Assembly: GCA_017452525.1 (NCBI GenBank)
Contig: JAFTMG010000024.1
Coordinates: forward strand, 989-64,988
DNA length: 64,000 nucleotides
Direction of reading: 5' to 3'
DNA from: Clostridia bacterium
GTDB taxonomy: Bacteria; Bacillota; Clostridia; Oscillospirales; CAG-272
The position numbers and the translations under genes were made by a program. How positions within the stretch are numbered: the first letter of the stretch is position 1; the number at the start of each line of letters is the position of its first letter. Positions 1 to 9,945 of the stretch are shown in pieces. The notes below the pieces were generated by a model that was not told where the DNA came from, ran no database searches, and saw only the letters and a list, made by a program, of their open reading frames with translations.

Positions 1-2146
1 ATCCAAGGATGCCGCCAAGCAAACAAAACAGTACGCAGCATATACCAACGATCAGTAAATTTCTGCGGTTGTGTCCCCTCTTCAAGCTATCCGACATATC
101 CCACTGAACCAGAAAAGCCGTGGTCTGCATCGAAAGCAGGCTCAGATAGTAGGCATTGCCATCGGAGGCTTGTCCGGAGGTATTATAATAAATGAATAGA
201 AAAGCAATTAAAGTCAAGACACCCGCCGCGATCGCTTCGGTTACCGTTCCGCCAAACAAGTACCTTTTGGAAGTATTTGGCGTTGGTTCATGGCTGACAC
301 GTGTCAGGAAAAGCCAAACAAAAAACAGATCTACAAACAGTCCGCTGAATAAAATGCGAAGTGACGGCACGGTATACAACCCGATCAACATAGAAGGAAG
401 GAGCATAACCGCCCGCAGCACAAGTGTATACAGTAGATACCGTGTCATATCGGTCAGATTACGGGCAGTATCCTCGGCGGTGTGTAGGGTATGCAGGATG
501 GAGGAAATACCGCCGTAACGACGTGAAGCACACGGAATCAGTACGTCTGCCTTTTGTCGCATACGCTGAGTAGCCACGTCCTCACGCCCACGACTTATCA
601 TGGGAGAACGCTCTCTTTCTCTGTCGGAATCGGTATAAACCGAAATATCATCCACGCAGGCAAAGCTGACATCGGCTTGCTTGAGCGCGGCATATTCCTC
701 GGGGCTGTTTCCCAAAAGCCCCACTTTCTTCCCCGATTTTTGCAATGTGATCATCAGTTCTCTCAACTCTTCGTTGGAAAAACCGCAATATGCAAGATAT
801 TTTCCCCATCCGGATGTGATTTTTCGATTTTCGGCACGAAACCGAGAAGCCAGGGCGATCTGTGAGCGGGAGGATATCAGAGCGGAGCGAATGATATAGG
901 TAACAGACCGACTGCTTTCCGTTTCCAAAAAGATGATTGGAGTGATTCCGAGCTCTTTCAGCTGCCTCAGGCAGTCCTCACGACCCGCAAGAAACGCCTC
1001 ACTCATGGCAAGCTTCAATTCCTGTTTATGTATTTCCGACTCCTGCTCTCCTCTGCTCACAGATCGTGATGCGGTCTCGGATTCGTGCTCGGGATAATAG
1101 GAAAACGCTTGTGAACCGAGCAGAAACAGAACGTCGATATCGGAGAGCCGATCCGTTTCCTTGTCGGTTTTGATCAGCGCTGTGTCTCCGTTCCCCTTGG
1201 CGGCATAAGCACGGTATATTCCGATTGCCTGCCCCAGCTTCAACACGGTATCCATATTCCCCGCAGGATTTGCCAGACAGATACATAAAAGTGAGGAAAA
1301 AAGCAGCGGCAAGCTCTCGGCATTCTTGCCGATCAATAGACAAAGAAACACAAGCGGAATGGTTGCGAGCAATAGCCCGACCTGCAAAACGGCTACGGCT
1401 TTTCTGATTCGCTTTGCCGTTTTCGGACACGACTGTCCGCTACGTATAAAATAGCCGCCCTGCAAGGCGCCGATATAGGTGTGCATCCCTGCTTCCACCA
1501 CAAGCCCCTTGATCGATCCGCTTTCTATGACAGATCCGCCATAAATCATATTGATATGTGTACTGATATCATTCTCCGTAGAAACGGATACCTCATCGGC
1601 GGCAGATTTCAACGAACGAATATACTGTGCTTCGCCCTTTCTATCTCCGAGATAATCCAAAACACGGACGCGGTCTGCCGTAACGAGGCGAATATCGCAG
1701 GGGGCAACGTCACCATGCTCCAATTCGATCAGATCTCCCGGAACCAGCTTGGAATAGTGCAACAAAAACATCTGTCCTTCTCGTATAACACGCACCGGCG
1801 GAATCATCGCTTTGGCGGGAACGCGCAGGACTCTTCCTGACCAGACATCAGCCACCACCAAAAACAAAATGTACAGAACGGTAAAGGTAAGAAAAATGCC
1901 TCCGTAAAGCGGTTGCTTGAAAAAGATCAACAGCAGACCCAATACGATCAATAATATGATCGACGGCTGCATGATCACCTCTCGGACACAATCTACGGGG
2001 GCGGCATGTGACGACTGAAAAAAATTGTTTTCGCCAATCTTTTGCAGGCGCGCTCTCGCCGCCTTCCGGGAAAGACCGGAGGCGGCGGAGGTATTCAGTT
2101 TCTTTTCTGTCTCACTCAAGGAGAGCGCAGTCCATTTTTCACTCAT
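1..2146 (-). CDS. P-type cation-transport ATPase-like membrane protein with degenerate catalytic motifs (3' end runs off the window)
   Basis: Hand translation from ATG at 2146 is open to the window edge (715 codons). It shows Cation_ATPase_N-like MSEKWTALSLSETEKKLNTSAASGLSRKAARARLQKIGEN, A-domain VRVIREG..LVPGDLIELEHGDVAPCDIRL and NMIYGGSVIESG, then ALKQADV and C-terminal TM helices. It is not in the ORF track because there is no stop in the window. Confidence 0.85.
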   Translation of the reverse strand, partial: MSEKWTALSLSETEKKLNTSAASGLSRKAARARLQKIGENNFFQSSHAAPVDCVREVIMQPSIILLIVLGLLLIFFKQPLYGGIFLTFTVLYILFLVVADVWSGRVLRVPAKAMIPPVRVIREGQMFLLHYSKLVPGDLIELEHGDVAPCDIRLVTADRVRVLDYLGDRKGEAQYIRSLKSAADEVSVSTENDISTHINMIYGGSVIESGSIKGLVVEAGMHTYIGALQGGYFIRSGQSCPKTAKRIRKAVAVLQVGLLLATIPLVFLCLLIGKNAESLPLLFSSLLCICLANPAGNMDTVLKLGQAIGIYRAYAAKGNGDTALIKTDKETDRLSDIDVLFLLGSQAFSYYPEHESETASRSVSRGEQESEIHKQELKLAMSEAFLAGREDCLRQLKELGITPIIFLETESSRSVTYIIRSALISSRSQIALASRFRAENRKITSGWGKYLAYCGFSNEELRELMITLQKSGKKVGLLGNSPEEYAALKQADVSFACVDDISVYTDSDRERERSPMISRGREDVATQRMRQKADVLIPCASRRYGGISSILHTLHTAEDTARNLTDMTRYLLYTLVLRAVMLLPSMLIGLYTVPSLRILFSGLFVDLFFVWLFLTRVSHEPTPNTSKRYLFGGTVTEAIAAGVLTLIAFLFIYYNTSGQASDGNAYYLSLLSMQTTAFLVQWDMSDSLKRGHNRRNLLIVGICCVLFCLLGGILG

Positions 2147-2152
2147 GATCCA

Positions 2153-4492
2153 TTATAAGCACGTGATCTTCAAGCTCTCGCCATTCTTCTGTACGGAAAT
2201 CGAGATCTGTGAGATCTTGTGATGATAGTCGGCAATGATCTGCTCTGCAAGCGGATCTTCGATATGGGTCTGAATAAAGCGGCGCATATTTCTCGCACCG
2301 AATTTACGCGAATAGGAGTGGGAGGCGATCCACGCCACCGCATCCTCGGAGACGTGAAGCGTGAGCCCTTTCTCGCACAGTGCGTCCTTCAACTCGCCCA
2401 ACATGATATTGGCAATGCGAACGAAATCATTTTCATCCAGTGAACGGAAGGTTAGGATCTCATCCACACGGTTCAAAAACTCGGGGCGGAGGAAGGAGGA
2501 GAGTGCCTTTTCAGTTTGTGCTTGCGCCTGCTGCCTCTCCGATTCGCCAAAGCCTGCCGAGGAGCCGCTATGGTCGGAGCCGGCATTGGTCGTCATCACG
2601 ATAACGGTATTTTCAAAATTGACCGTCTTTCCGTGCGCGTCGGTAATACGACCGTCATCCAGGATCTGCAACAAAATATTCAAAACATCGGGATGCGCCT
2701 TTTCTATCTCGTCAAACAGAATGACCGAGTAGGGGCGACGGCGGATCTTTTCCGTCAACTGTCCCGCCTCATCATAGCCAACGTATCCGGGAGGCGCTCC
2801 GATAATGCGGGAGACCGAGTGCTTCTCCATAAATTCTGACATATCCAATCGGATCAGCGTTTCGGGGGAATGGAAGAGATCGTTTGCCAGCACCTTGACC
2901 AGCTCTGTTTTTCCGACACCGGTCGGTCCCGCGAAAATGAAGGACACGGGTTTTCTCTTATAGGAAACGCCGGCGCGGTTGCGCTTGATCGCGCGAGTTA
3001 CGGCGCTGACAGCCTCGTTCTGACCGATGATACGTTTCAGTAATCGGGTTTCAAGATTTTCCAGCCGCTCAAACTCGTCCTCTTTGACTGTAGACGCAGG
3101 CACACCGGTCCATATCTCGATCACCTCGGCAAGATTGGCAGAAGTCAGAACCACCTGCTCGCAAAGTGGCTCGATCTCATTCAATCGGGTGGAGAGCTTG
3201 AGCTCCTTCTCCTTGATCTTTGCCAGCTTTTCGTAGCGTGCCTGCTCCAAGCGTTCATCCGTCACCGTTTCAGCCTCGCACGCTTCCCTTTCCGTTTTCA
3301 ACGAGATCAATTCGTCACGGATCTTGGCAGATTTGTTCAGCTCTGCGCAATTCAACGAAAGGTTTGCCGCTGCCTCATCCAACAGGTCAATGGCTTTGTC
3401 AGGCAGAAAGCGGTCTGTGATATAGCGTTCCGATAGGGTGACTGCCTGACGAAGAAGCTCGTCGGGAATGCGGATGCTGTGGAACTTTTCGTAATAGTGC
3501 TTGATCCCGCGAAGCATTTCCACCGTTTCATCCATAGAAGGCTCTGCTACCATCACGGGCTGGAAGCGGCGCTCCAACGCGGTATCCTTTTCGATATACT
3601 TGCGATATTCTGTCAGCGTTGTCGCACCGATCACCTGCACCTCTCCGCGGGAAAGAGCGGGCTTGAGAATATTGGCGGCATTGACGCTACCCTCGGAATC
3701 TCCGGCGCCGACGATATTGTGTACCTCATCGATCACAAGGATCACGTTTCCTGCTTCCTTTACCTCATTCAGCAGACCGAGGATGCGGGACTCAAACTGA
3801 CCGCGGAACTGTGTTCCTGCCACCAGTGCTGTCAGATCCACAAGATATACTTCTTTTCCTTTCAAACGATATGGCACGGTTTCTTCAACGATCCGTTGTG
3901 AAAGTGCCTCGGCAATTGCCGTTTTGCCCACACCGGGCTCACCGATCAAACAAGGATTGTTCTTTTGACGTCGGCTCAGAATCTGGATCACGCGCGCCAG
4001 TTCACGCTCTCGTCCCACGATCCGATCCAGCTTGCCTTCCGCTGCGGCACGGGTCAGATTTCGGCAATAGGTCGTGAGAAACTTGTATTTTTTGTCTTTT
4101 TTATCGGACTTCTTTTCCTTGGAGCTCCCGCCGTTTTTGCCCTTTTGCTCTTGTTCGGCAGGAAGATCGGCATTGTTTTTTTGAAGTGCCGCGCTCTCTT
4201 CCATCAGCTTTTGGAAATCGATTGTGGGAGCTCCTCCCTCTACAATGTTACCGTTTTCGTCGAGAGGCACCTCCCCATTGGAGAACATCTCGTTTACCTC
4301 GTCCTCCATTTCCGCCAGCTGCTCGGCAGTCATTCCAAGCTTACCAAGCGCATCGCTCATCAAATTTTCAATAGGAAGTCCCAGCTCCTTTGCGCAATGA
4401 AGACAAAGCCCCTCACCGCGCTTCTGATTATTTTCTATCTTGGTAACAAACACCACCGCCATACGCTTGTGGCATCTTGTGCATATGATCAT
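2153..4492 (-). CDS. Class I Clp/Hsp100 ATPase with N-terminal Zn-binding motif (ClpE-like)
   Basis: Two AAA+ modules (GEPGVGKT, GPTGVGKT; DEIEKAHP); N-terminal CxxC..CxxC (CTRC, CLHC); AGF loop resembling the ClpP-binding motif. Confidence 0.92.
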   Translation of the reverse strand: MIICTRCHKRMAVVFVTKIENNQKRGEGLCLHCAKELGLPIENLMSDALGKLGMTAEQLAEMEDEVNEMFSNGEVPLDENGNIVEGGAPTIDFQKLMEESAALQKNNADLPAEQEQKGKNGGSSKEKKSDKKDKKYKFLTTYCRNLTRAAAEGKLDRIVGRERELARVIQILSRRQKNNPCLIGEPGVGKTAIAEALSQRIVEETVPYRLKGKEVYLVDLTALVAGTQFRGQFESRILGLLNEVKEAGNVILVIDEVHNIVGAGDSEGSVNAANILKPALSRGEVQVIGATTLTEYRKYIEKDTALERRFQPVMVAEPSMDETVEMLRGIKHYYEKFHSIRIPDELLRQAVTLSERYITDRFLPDKAIDLLDEAAANLSLNCAELNKSAKIRDELISLKTEREACEAETVTDERLEQARYEKLAKIKEKELKLSTRLNEIEPLCEQVVLTSANLAEVIEIWTGVPASTVKEDEFERLENLETRLLKRIIGQNEAVSAVTRAIKRNRAGVSYKRKPVSFIFAGPTGVGKTELVKVLANDLFHSPETLIRLDMSEFMEKHSVSRIIGAPPGYVGYDEAGQLTEKIRRRPYSVILFDEIEKAHPDVLNILLQILDDGRITDAHGKTVNFENTVIVMTTNAGSDHSGSSAGFGESERQQAQAQTEKALSSFLRPEFLNRVDEILTFRSLDENDFVRIANIMLGELKDALCEKGLTLHVSEDAVAWIASHSYSRKFGARNMRRFIQTHIEDPLAEQIIADYHHKISQISISVQKNGESLKITCL

Positions 4493-4520
4493 TATTGAAG
4501 AATCCTTTCCTGATTAGGGG

Positions 4521-5228
4521 TTAAAACAATTTGATATTGGCGATCAGTTGGAACAGACGTGTTCCCTCGATCAGCTCTTCCGCAACAAATTTTCCGCTTG
4601 CGGCACCGATAAATTTCAAAAGATACGCGCCGATGAAGCAAAAGATAAACGCATTCAATACGGCAAACAAAAGTCCGAGAACGAATCCGAGTAGGTGATT
4701 GATCTGTTTGAGAACGGGCAACTCAAAGATCTTACTCAAAACACCGGTGAACAGGATCAGCAGAACAAAGGCGACCAGAAAAACAATCAGATAGCCAAAC
4801 AGATTGGAAATCACCGTTGTGATGGGGGCGGCAATGGTCTGGGAAAGATCCGTCAGATTTTCACGGGTCGCCGCAGTCAGATCGCCGTACTTGGCTTCCA
4901 GTTCCGCCATGTTTCCACCAAAGCGCTCTACCAGCGAAACGAACGCTTCCGGCATTTTATCAAACAGCTCGGACAGATCGAAGGACTCGGTCTGTTTATC
5001 AAAAAACGATACAAGAAGATTATACACTCTGTCTGCGATCTTATTCCCAATCAATTTGGTTGCGATCACACCTCCGAGCTTGGGTCCGAGCAGCATGGCA
5101 AGCAGGAAGGAAAGCAGAGTTCTGCCAAAACCCAGAACCGCCTTCACAAATCCGCGATGGGTATAATAGACCAAGGTACCCAAAACAATTGCAATCAAAA
5201 GAACGTCAAGAATCCAACTCATAAACAT
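4521..5228 (-). CDS. CvpA-family membrane protein
   Basis: N-terminal 'ILD..RGFVK' and C-terminal 'LPVLKQINHLLGFVLG' patterns; about four TM helices. Confidence 0.75.
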   Translation of the reverse strand: MFMSWILDVLLIAIVLGTLVYYTHRGFVKAVLGFGRTLLSFLLAMLLGPKLGGVIATKLIGNKIADRVYNLLVSFFDKQTESFDLSELFDKMPEAFVSLVERFGGNMAELEAKYGDLTAATRENLTDLSQTIAAPITTVISNLFGYLIVFLVAFVLLILFTGVLSKIFELPVLKQINHLLGFVLGLLFAVLNAFIFCFIGAYLLKFIGAASGKFVAEELIEGTRLFQLIANIKLF

Positions 5229-5292
5229 ATTGGCTGTTTATCAAAAACAGCACTCCTTTCTGAAAATGATCATCAAACACTGATATGTGGGT

Positions 5293-6501
5293 TCAGGATT
5301 TCAAGTTTAGAAAACGCGCGATCGAACGGGAACATAAAAGCAGCTCATCCTCGGAATACCACAACAGCTCGTGTACCGAAAAATCAAACGTCTGCGAGGT
5401 ACTACTCCCCGTCTCCCGGTGGTATGTCATCAACTCGCCCTCAGACATCATATAAATCCGGTCCTCTCCAACGAGGACCGAGTGAATATTCTCTCCCTCA
5501 TCGCGTGCTCCGAGCAGTTCTCCATTTCGGTCAAAAATTTGAAGAGAACCGTCGGATAGGTTGAGAGCATATCCTTGCTCGCTGTAATGTGCTTTGGTGA
5601 TTTTCTGCGTAAAGGACAAGTCTGACAGAATCTCACCGTCGGTATTTAATATCAGCATACGATCCGTTCCCGTGAGATACAATATCTCATTATCCGCAAA
5701 AGCGCACTTCAGAGGGAAAAGCCCCTCAAAGCTCCACTCCCGCAAGAGTGTATCCGTTCCTGCAGCATACAACTCAATCTTCGTCAGATAATGCCCCTGC
5801 AAGGTATCCGTGGTCACAATGGCGAGGAGATTCCCCTTCTGATCAAGAGCGAGCGCCGTAGCAAAGGCGTTTTTGAAATGTTCTGCCTTCAAGTGATTGT
5901 ATTTGTCATATACCGAGATCACCGAGGAGCTTCCGTTTTGGGAAGCTACCGCAAGCCAACCGGCATCGGAAACGGCGGCGCAGGTCAAATTCCCCTTGAC
6001 TTTACCGGAATAGATGCGGGAAAAGGCATTGAAAAGATAGAAATCCGTCCCTCCTTGGTCGTACACAAGAATATAGCGCGAGGAGGTATGCAAACGCGGA
6101 GCGTTCATATTCCATTGGCGGCTCAAGGTCTGCCGCCCCGTGGCAGAAAACACCGTCAATCCGGATGAGCCTGCTACCGCAAGCCCTCCGCGGTATGTAT
6201 CAAAGTCCTGTGCGTCATCCGCGTTGTAAACGAGACTTGTAAAAGTTACATTTTCCGAATCCACCGCGGCGTGAATGTCCTTAAAGAGATAAAAGAAATT
6301 TTCATACGTGATGTCATCCGAGCGGATCAGCATGGAGAGGATGACAAACAGCGCAAGAAGACTGAACAGCACCAACTGCGCGATATGGTATTCTCTTGCT
6401 ACCGACGCGTGGTATGGATTCTGCGCAGCAAAATCCTCGCCGGACAACTTGATCTTCTCTCCGCTCTTCGGATCGGTTCGAAAAAGCTTGAACAGTCTCA
6501 A
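5293..6501 (-). CDS. Membrane-anchored beta-propeller protein (DUF5711-like)
   Basis: One N-terminal TM segment then repeated beta-rich blades; AAGGAGG RBS upstream of a TTG start; adjacent to cvpA. Confidence 0.65.
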   Translation of the reverse strand: MRLFKLFRTDPKSGEKIKLSGEDFAAQNPYHASVAREYHIAQLVLFSLLALFVILSMLIRSDDITYENFFYLFKDIHAAVDSENVTFTSLVYNADDAQDFDTYRGGLAVAGSSGLTVFSATGRQTLSRQWNMNAPRLHTSSRYILVYDQGGTDFYLFNAFSRIYSGKVKGNLTCAAVSDAGWLAVASQNGSSSVISVYDKYNHLKAEHFKNAFATALALDQKGNLLAIVTTDTLQGHYLTKIELYAAGTDTLLREWSFEGLFPLKCAFADNEILYLTGTDRMLILNTDGEILSDLSFTQKITKAHYSEQGYALNLSDGSLQIFDRNGELLGARDEGENIHSVLVGEDRIYMMSEGELMTYHRETGSSTSQTFDFSVHELLWYSEDELLLCSRSIARFLNLKS

Positions 6502-6539
6502 GGCATGGCGCCTCCTTTCTCACATGTGATATATTCGGA

Positions 6540-7313
6540 TCAAAAACCGTACACCACCTGATTCAAGTACAGTCCGCATGCCGGCAAGGTACTTCCCGCC
6601 AATGACCGGTCCCGACTCTTTAAAATTTCAGGAATGTCGGACGGCGAGATTTTTTCCTCTGCCACAGCGATCAGGGTCCCTGCCATGATACGCACCATAT
6701 TGTAGAGGAATCCGTTTGCGGAGACGGTAAACGTGATCAAGTTGTCATTCTTTGTAACTTTCGCCCCGTATATACAACGAACCGTTGATGTGACCTTGGA
6801 GCCCTGCGCCATAAATGCCGCAAAATCATGCTCTCCCAGAAACGCCTCACAAGCAAGGTTCATCCGCGCAATGGCGTCCGCATCCAACACGTGAGGATAG
6901 GAATGTGCCAAGCCCTCGCGGAACGGATCGCGAATGGGACTGTTCCAGATCAGATACCGATATTCCTTATGCCGCACGTCGTATCTTGGATGAAAGTTCT
7001 TCGGAACCCAGGAGGCTGACAGTATTGCGATATCTCGCGGCAGGTGGGCGTTCAGCGCCAGCGGGATCCGCTCGGTTGGAATCGATGTTTTCAGATATCC
7101 CTGTCCTCGCTCGGATACGGTAATGCAAAACATATTGGCGTGAACGCCGCTGTCGGTACGGCTACAGCCGATGATATCACATTCCGTTCCGAATACCGCA
7201 CGCGCCGCCTCGTTCAGCTTTTGCTGGACGGTAACGCCCACCTTCTGGACCTGATAGCCGCAATAGGCGGTGCCGACAAAGGAAAGAGTACAAAATAATT
7301 TTTGATTTTCCAT
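6540..7313 (-). CDS. truA: tRNA pseudouridine(38-40) synthase
   Basis: GCSRTDSGVHA catalytic motif, GEHDF, NGFLYNMVR; follows ecfT. Confidence 0.96.
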   Translation of the reverse strand: MENQKLFCTLSFVGTAYCGYQVQKVGVTVQQKLNEAARAVFGTECDIIGCSRTDSGVHANMFCITVSERGQGYLKTSIPTERIPLALNAHLPRDIAILSASWVPKNFHPRYDVRHKEYRYLIWNSPIRDPFREGLAHSYPHVLDADAIARMNLACEAFLGEHDFAAFMAQGSKVTSTVRCIYGAKVTKNDNLITFTVSANGFLYNMVRIMAGTLIAVAEEKISPSDIPEILKSRDRSLAGSTLPACGLYLNQVVYGF

Positions 7314-7314
7314 A

Positions 7315-8133
7315 TCACATCGTATAGCCGATTCCCAGCCGATTGAGAACGATCAGTCCCGCGCCGAGCAGGATCATCACGCCAATGGCAACAAAATCGG
7401 AGGGACGGTATTTCAGTATCCGCATACGGGTTCTTCCCTCTCCACCGTGATAGCAACGACATTCCATCGCGGTGGCAAGCTCCTCCGCTCTGCGAAATGC
7501 CGAAACAAAGAGCGGAACCAGGATCGGGATCAACGCCTTGGCGCGCTTGATCAGGCTACCGGAGGAAAAATCGGTACCGCGCGATTTCTGCGCGGACATG
7601 ATCTTTTCCGTTTCATCCACCAGCGTGGGAATAAAGCGCAGGGCGATGGTCATCATCATGGCAAATTCGTGCACGGGCACCCTGATCTTTTTCAAGGGAC
7701 CGAGCAGCTGTTCCAGCGCGTCGGTCAGTGCGATGGGGGTCGTGGTATAGGTCAGGAACATGCTGGTCCCCACGATCAGAGTCAGAATGCGTACGATCAT
7801 AAAGACCGCCTGCATGATCCCTTCCAGGTAGATACGAATGAAGCGCCATTCAAGCAGAAGCGTATCGCCCGTGGTCCAGAAGATATTGATGATCACCGTA
7901 AAAAGCAGGATCACGATCAGCGGTTTGATCGATTGAAATACCGTGCGCAACGGTATGCGGGTAAGCAGGATCAGTATGACGGCAGAAACAACCAAAGCCG
8001 CAAAGCTGAGAATGTTTTTGCAAAGGAAGGTGCATACGATATACAGCGTGGCAAGGATGACCTTGGCGCGCGGATCGATCCGATGCACGACCGAAGCTGC
8101 CGGATAATACTGTCCGAGAGCAATGCTTTTCAT
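7315..8133 (-). CDS. ecfT: ECF transporter transmembrane component T
   Basis: LGQY..SVVHRIDPR, ALRFIP, AQKSRG, AMECRCY motifs. Confidence 0.95.
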   Translation of the reverse strand: MKSIALGQYYPAASVVHRIDPRAKVILATLYIVCTFLCKNILSFAALVVSAVILILLTRIPLRTVFQSIKPLIVILLFTVIINIFWTTGDTLLLEWRFIRIYLEGIMQAVFMIVRILTLIVGTSMFLTYTTTPIALTDALEQLLGPLKKIRVPVHEFAMMMTIALRFIPTLVDETEKIMSAQKSRGTDFSSGSLIKRAKALIPILVPLFVSAFRRAEELATAMECRCYHGGEGRTRMRILKYRPSDFVAIGVMILLGAGLIVLNRLGIGYTM

Positions 8134-8172
8134 ATATTTACTAACTCCATGGTACGTTTTTCAAAATGATAC

Positions 8173-9030
8173 TCAAATGCCGAACAGATGCGCCAGCTCC
8201 TGCTCTGCCCGATCCACAGTATAAATACTGCGGTCCACATCGATCCCGCGGGATCGGAGCAGCCAGATCAGCTTGGTGATCTCCGGAATATCCAGCCCCG
8301 CATCGATCAACTCGTCGGAGCGTGCGAAGATCTCATCGCGGGGACCGTGCATCCGCACCTTGGCATGATCCATCACGATGATATCATCGCAATAGCGCGC
8401 CATGTCCTCCATGCTATGGCTGACGATCAGCACGGTGGCTCCCGATTCTTTTTGATATTCGCAGATACCGTTCAGAATGGCATCACGCCCCATCGGGTCG
8501 AGACCCGCGGCAGGCTCATCCAGAACAAGCACCTCCGGGCGCATGGCAATAATGCCTGCCAATGCCGCGCGTCGCTTTTGTCCGCCCGAAAGGTCGAAGG
8601 GTGATTTGGTCAGCATTTCCGGTGAAAGACCGACAAAACGAGCCGCCTCCGCCACTCTGCTGCGGATCTCATCTTCGTCCAGCCCCATATTGCGCGGACC
8701 GTAGGCAATATCCGCCTCCACGGTTTCCTCAAACAACTGGTATTCGGGATATTGCATTACCAAGCCCACACGGAAACGGATCTTACCGATCTCCTTGGGC
8801 TTCTCCCAGATGTCCACGCCGTCCAAAAGGATCCTTCCTTCCATGGGGCGGGTCAAGCCGTTGAACAGCTGGACCATGGTGGATTTACCTGAACCGGTAT
8901 GTCCGATGATGCCGGTAACGGTTCCCGTACGGATATTCAGTGAAACGTCGTCCAACGCCTTGATCTCAAAAGGGGTCCCCTTGCTATAGGTATATGAGAC
9001 ATGCTCCAAAGATATTTTGATCTGATCCAT
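8173..9030 (-). CDS. ecfA2: ECF transporter ATPase A2
   Basis: GHTGSGKS, QYPEYQLFEETV, LSGGQ, DEPAAGLDP; start set at MDQIK (9030). Confidence 0.93.
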   Translation of the reverse strand: MDQIKISLEHVSYTYSKGTPFEIKALDDVSLNIRTGTVTGIIGHTGSGKSTMVQLFNGLTRPMEGRILLDGVDIWEKPKEIGKIRFRVGLVMQYPEYQLFEETVEADIAYGPRNMGLDEDEIRSRVAEAARFVGLSPEMLTKSPFDLSGGQKRRAALAGIIAMRPEVLVLDEPAAGLDPMGRDAILNGICEYQKESGATVLIVSHSMEDMARYCDDIIVMDHAKVRMHGPRDEIFARSDELIDAGLDIPEITKLIWLLRSRGIDVDRSIYTVDRAEQELAHLFGI

Positions 9031-9031
9031 G

Positions 9032-9904
9032 TTACTTCTCCCCCTTGCCTGCCAATGCGGCACAGATGGTATCGGCGCATTGCTCGGGTGTGGTGCAATC
9101 GCCGTCCAAGGAGATGCCGCGCTCGCGCAAACGGTGGATCAGTGCGGTCCCCTGAGGAACGTCCAGTCCATACTGCGCCAGCCGCTCTCCCTGGCTGAAG
9201 ATCTCGTTGGGAGTGCCGTCCATGGCAACCTTACCGTCATTGATGATAATGACGCGGTCGGCGCGCGCTGCTTCGTTCATATAATGTGTGATAGCGATGA
9301 CGGTAATATCGCGCTCACGGTTCAGCGTTTCGATCGTTTTGATCACGTCGCGGCGTCCGGAGGGATCCAGCATTGCGGTGGATTCATCGAAGATCATGCA
9401 TTCCGGCTGCATGGCGATGATGCCTGCAATCGCAATACGCTGCTTTTGACCGCCCGAAAGACGGTGAGGCTCGTGCCCCGCGTACGCGGTCATGCCAACC
9501 GCCTCCAGGGCGTCGTCCACACGGCGGCGGATCTCCTCAGAGGGCAAGCCCAGATTTTCGGGACCAAAGGCGATATCCTCCTCCACAATGGTAGCCACCA
9601 GCTGATTATCGGGGTTTTGAAACACCATGCCGATCTTCCGCCGAAGTGCAAACACATCGTCGTCCGTCATATCCGGCGAGGTGATATCCTTTCCGTCAAT
9701 GAGGATCTGCCCGCTGTTCGCCTCAAGGATCATATTCAATAATTTGGCAAAGGTGGATTTGCCTGAGCCGTTATGACCGAGGATCACAACGTATTCTCCA
9801 CGATGGATATCCAGCGTCAGATCCCGAAGGACCGGCACCTCACGCCCATCGTCATCCTGATAGGAATAACAAAGGTTTTTGACTTGAATAAAGGGTTGCG
9901 ACAT
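9032..9904 (-). CDS. ecfA1: ECF transporter ATPase A1
   Basis: GHNGSGKST, VFQNPDNQ, LSGGQKQR, DESTAMLDP. Confidence 0.94.
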   Translation of the reverse strand: MSQPFIQVKNLCYSYQDDDGREVPVLRDLTLDIHRGEYVVILGHNGSGKSTFAKLLNMILEANSGQILIDGKDITSPDMTDDDVFALRRKIGMVFQNPDNQLVATIVEEDIAFGPENLGLPSEEIRRRVDDALEAVGMTAYAGHEPHRLSGGQKQRIAIAGIIAMQPECMIFDESTAMLDPSGRRDVIKTIETLNRERDITVIAITHYMNEAARADRVIIINDGKVAMDGTPNEIFSQGERLAQYGLDVPQGTALIHRLRERGISLDGDCTTPEQCADTICAALAGKGEK

Positions 9905-9945
9905 TCAGAAAGCCTTTCCGATATATATCGATTTTTTGAAATATG

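Noticed and set aside
1-2146. Calling the P-type ATPase homolog a pseudogene
   Set aside because: No stop or frameshift in 715 codons and the TM scaffold is retained; treated as a pseudoenzyme CDS pending dN/dS.
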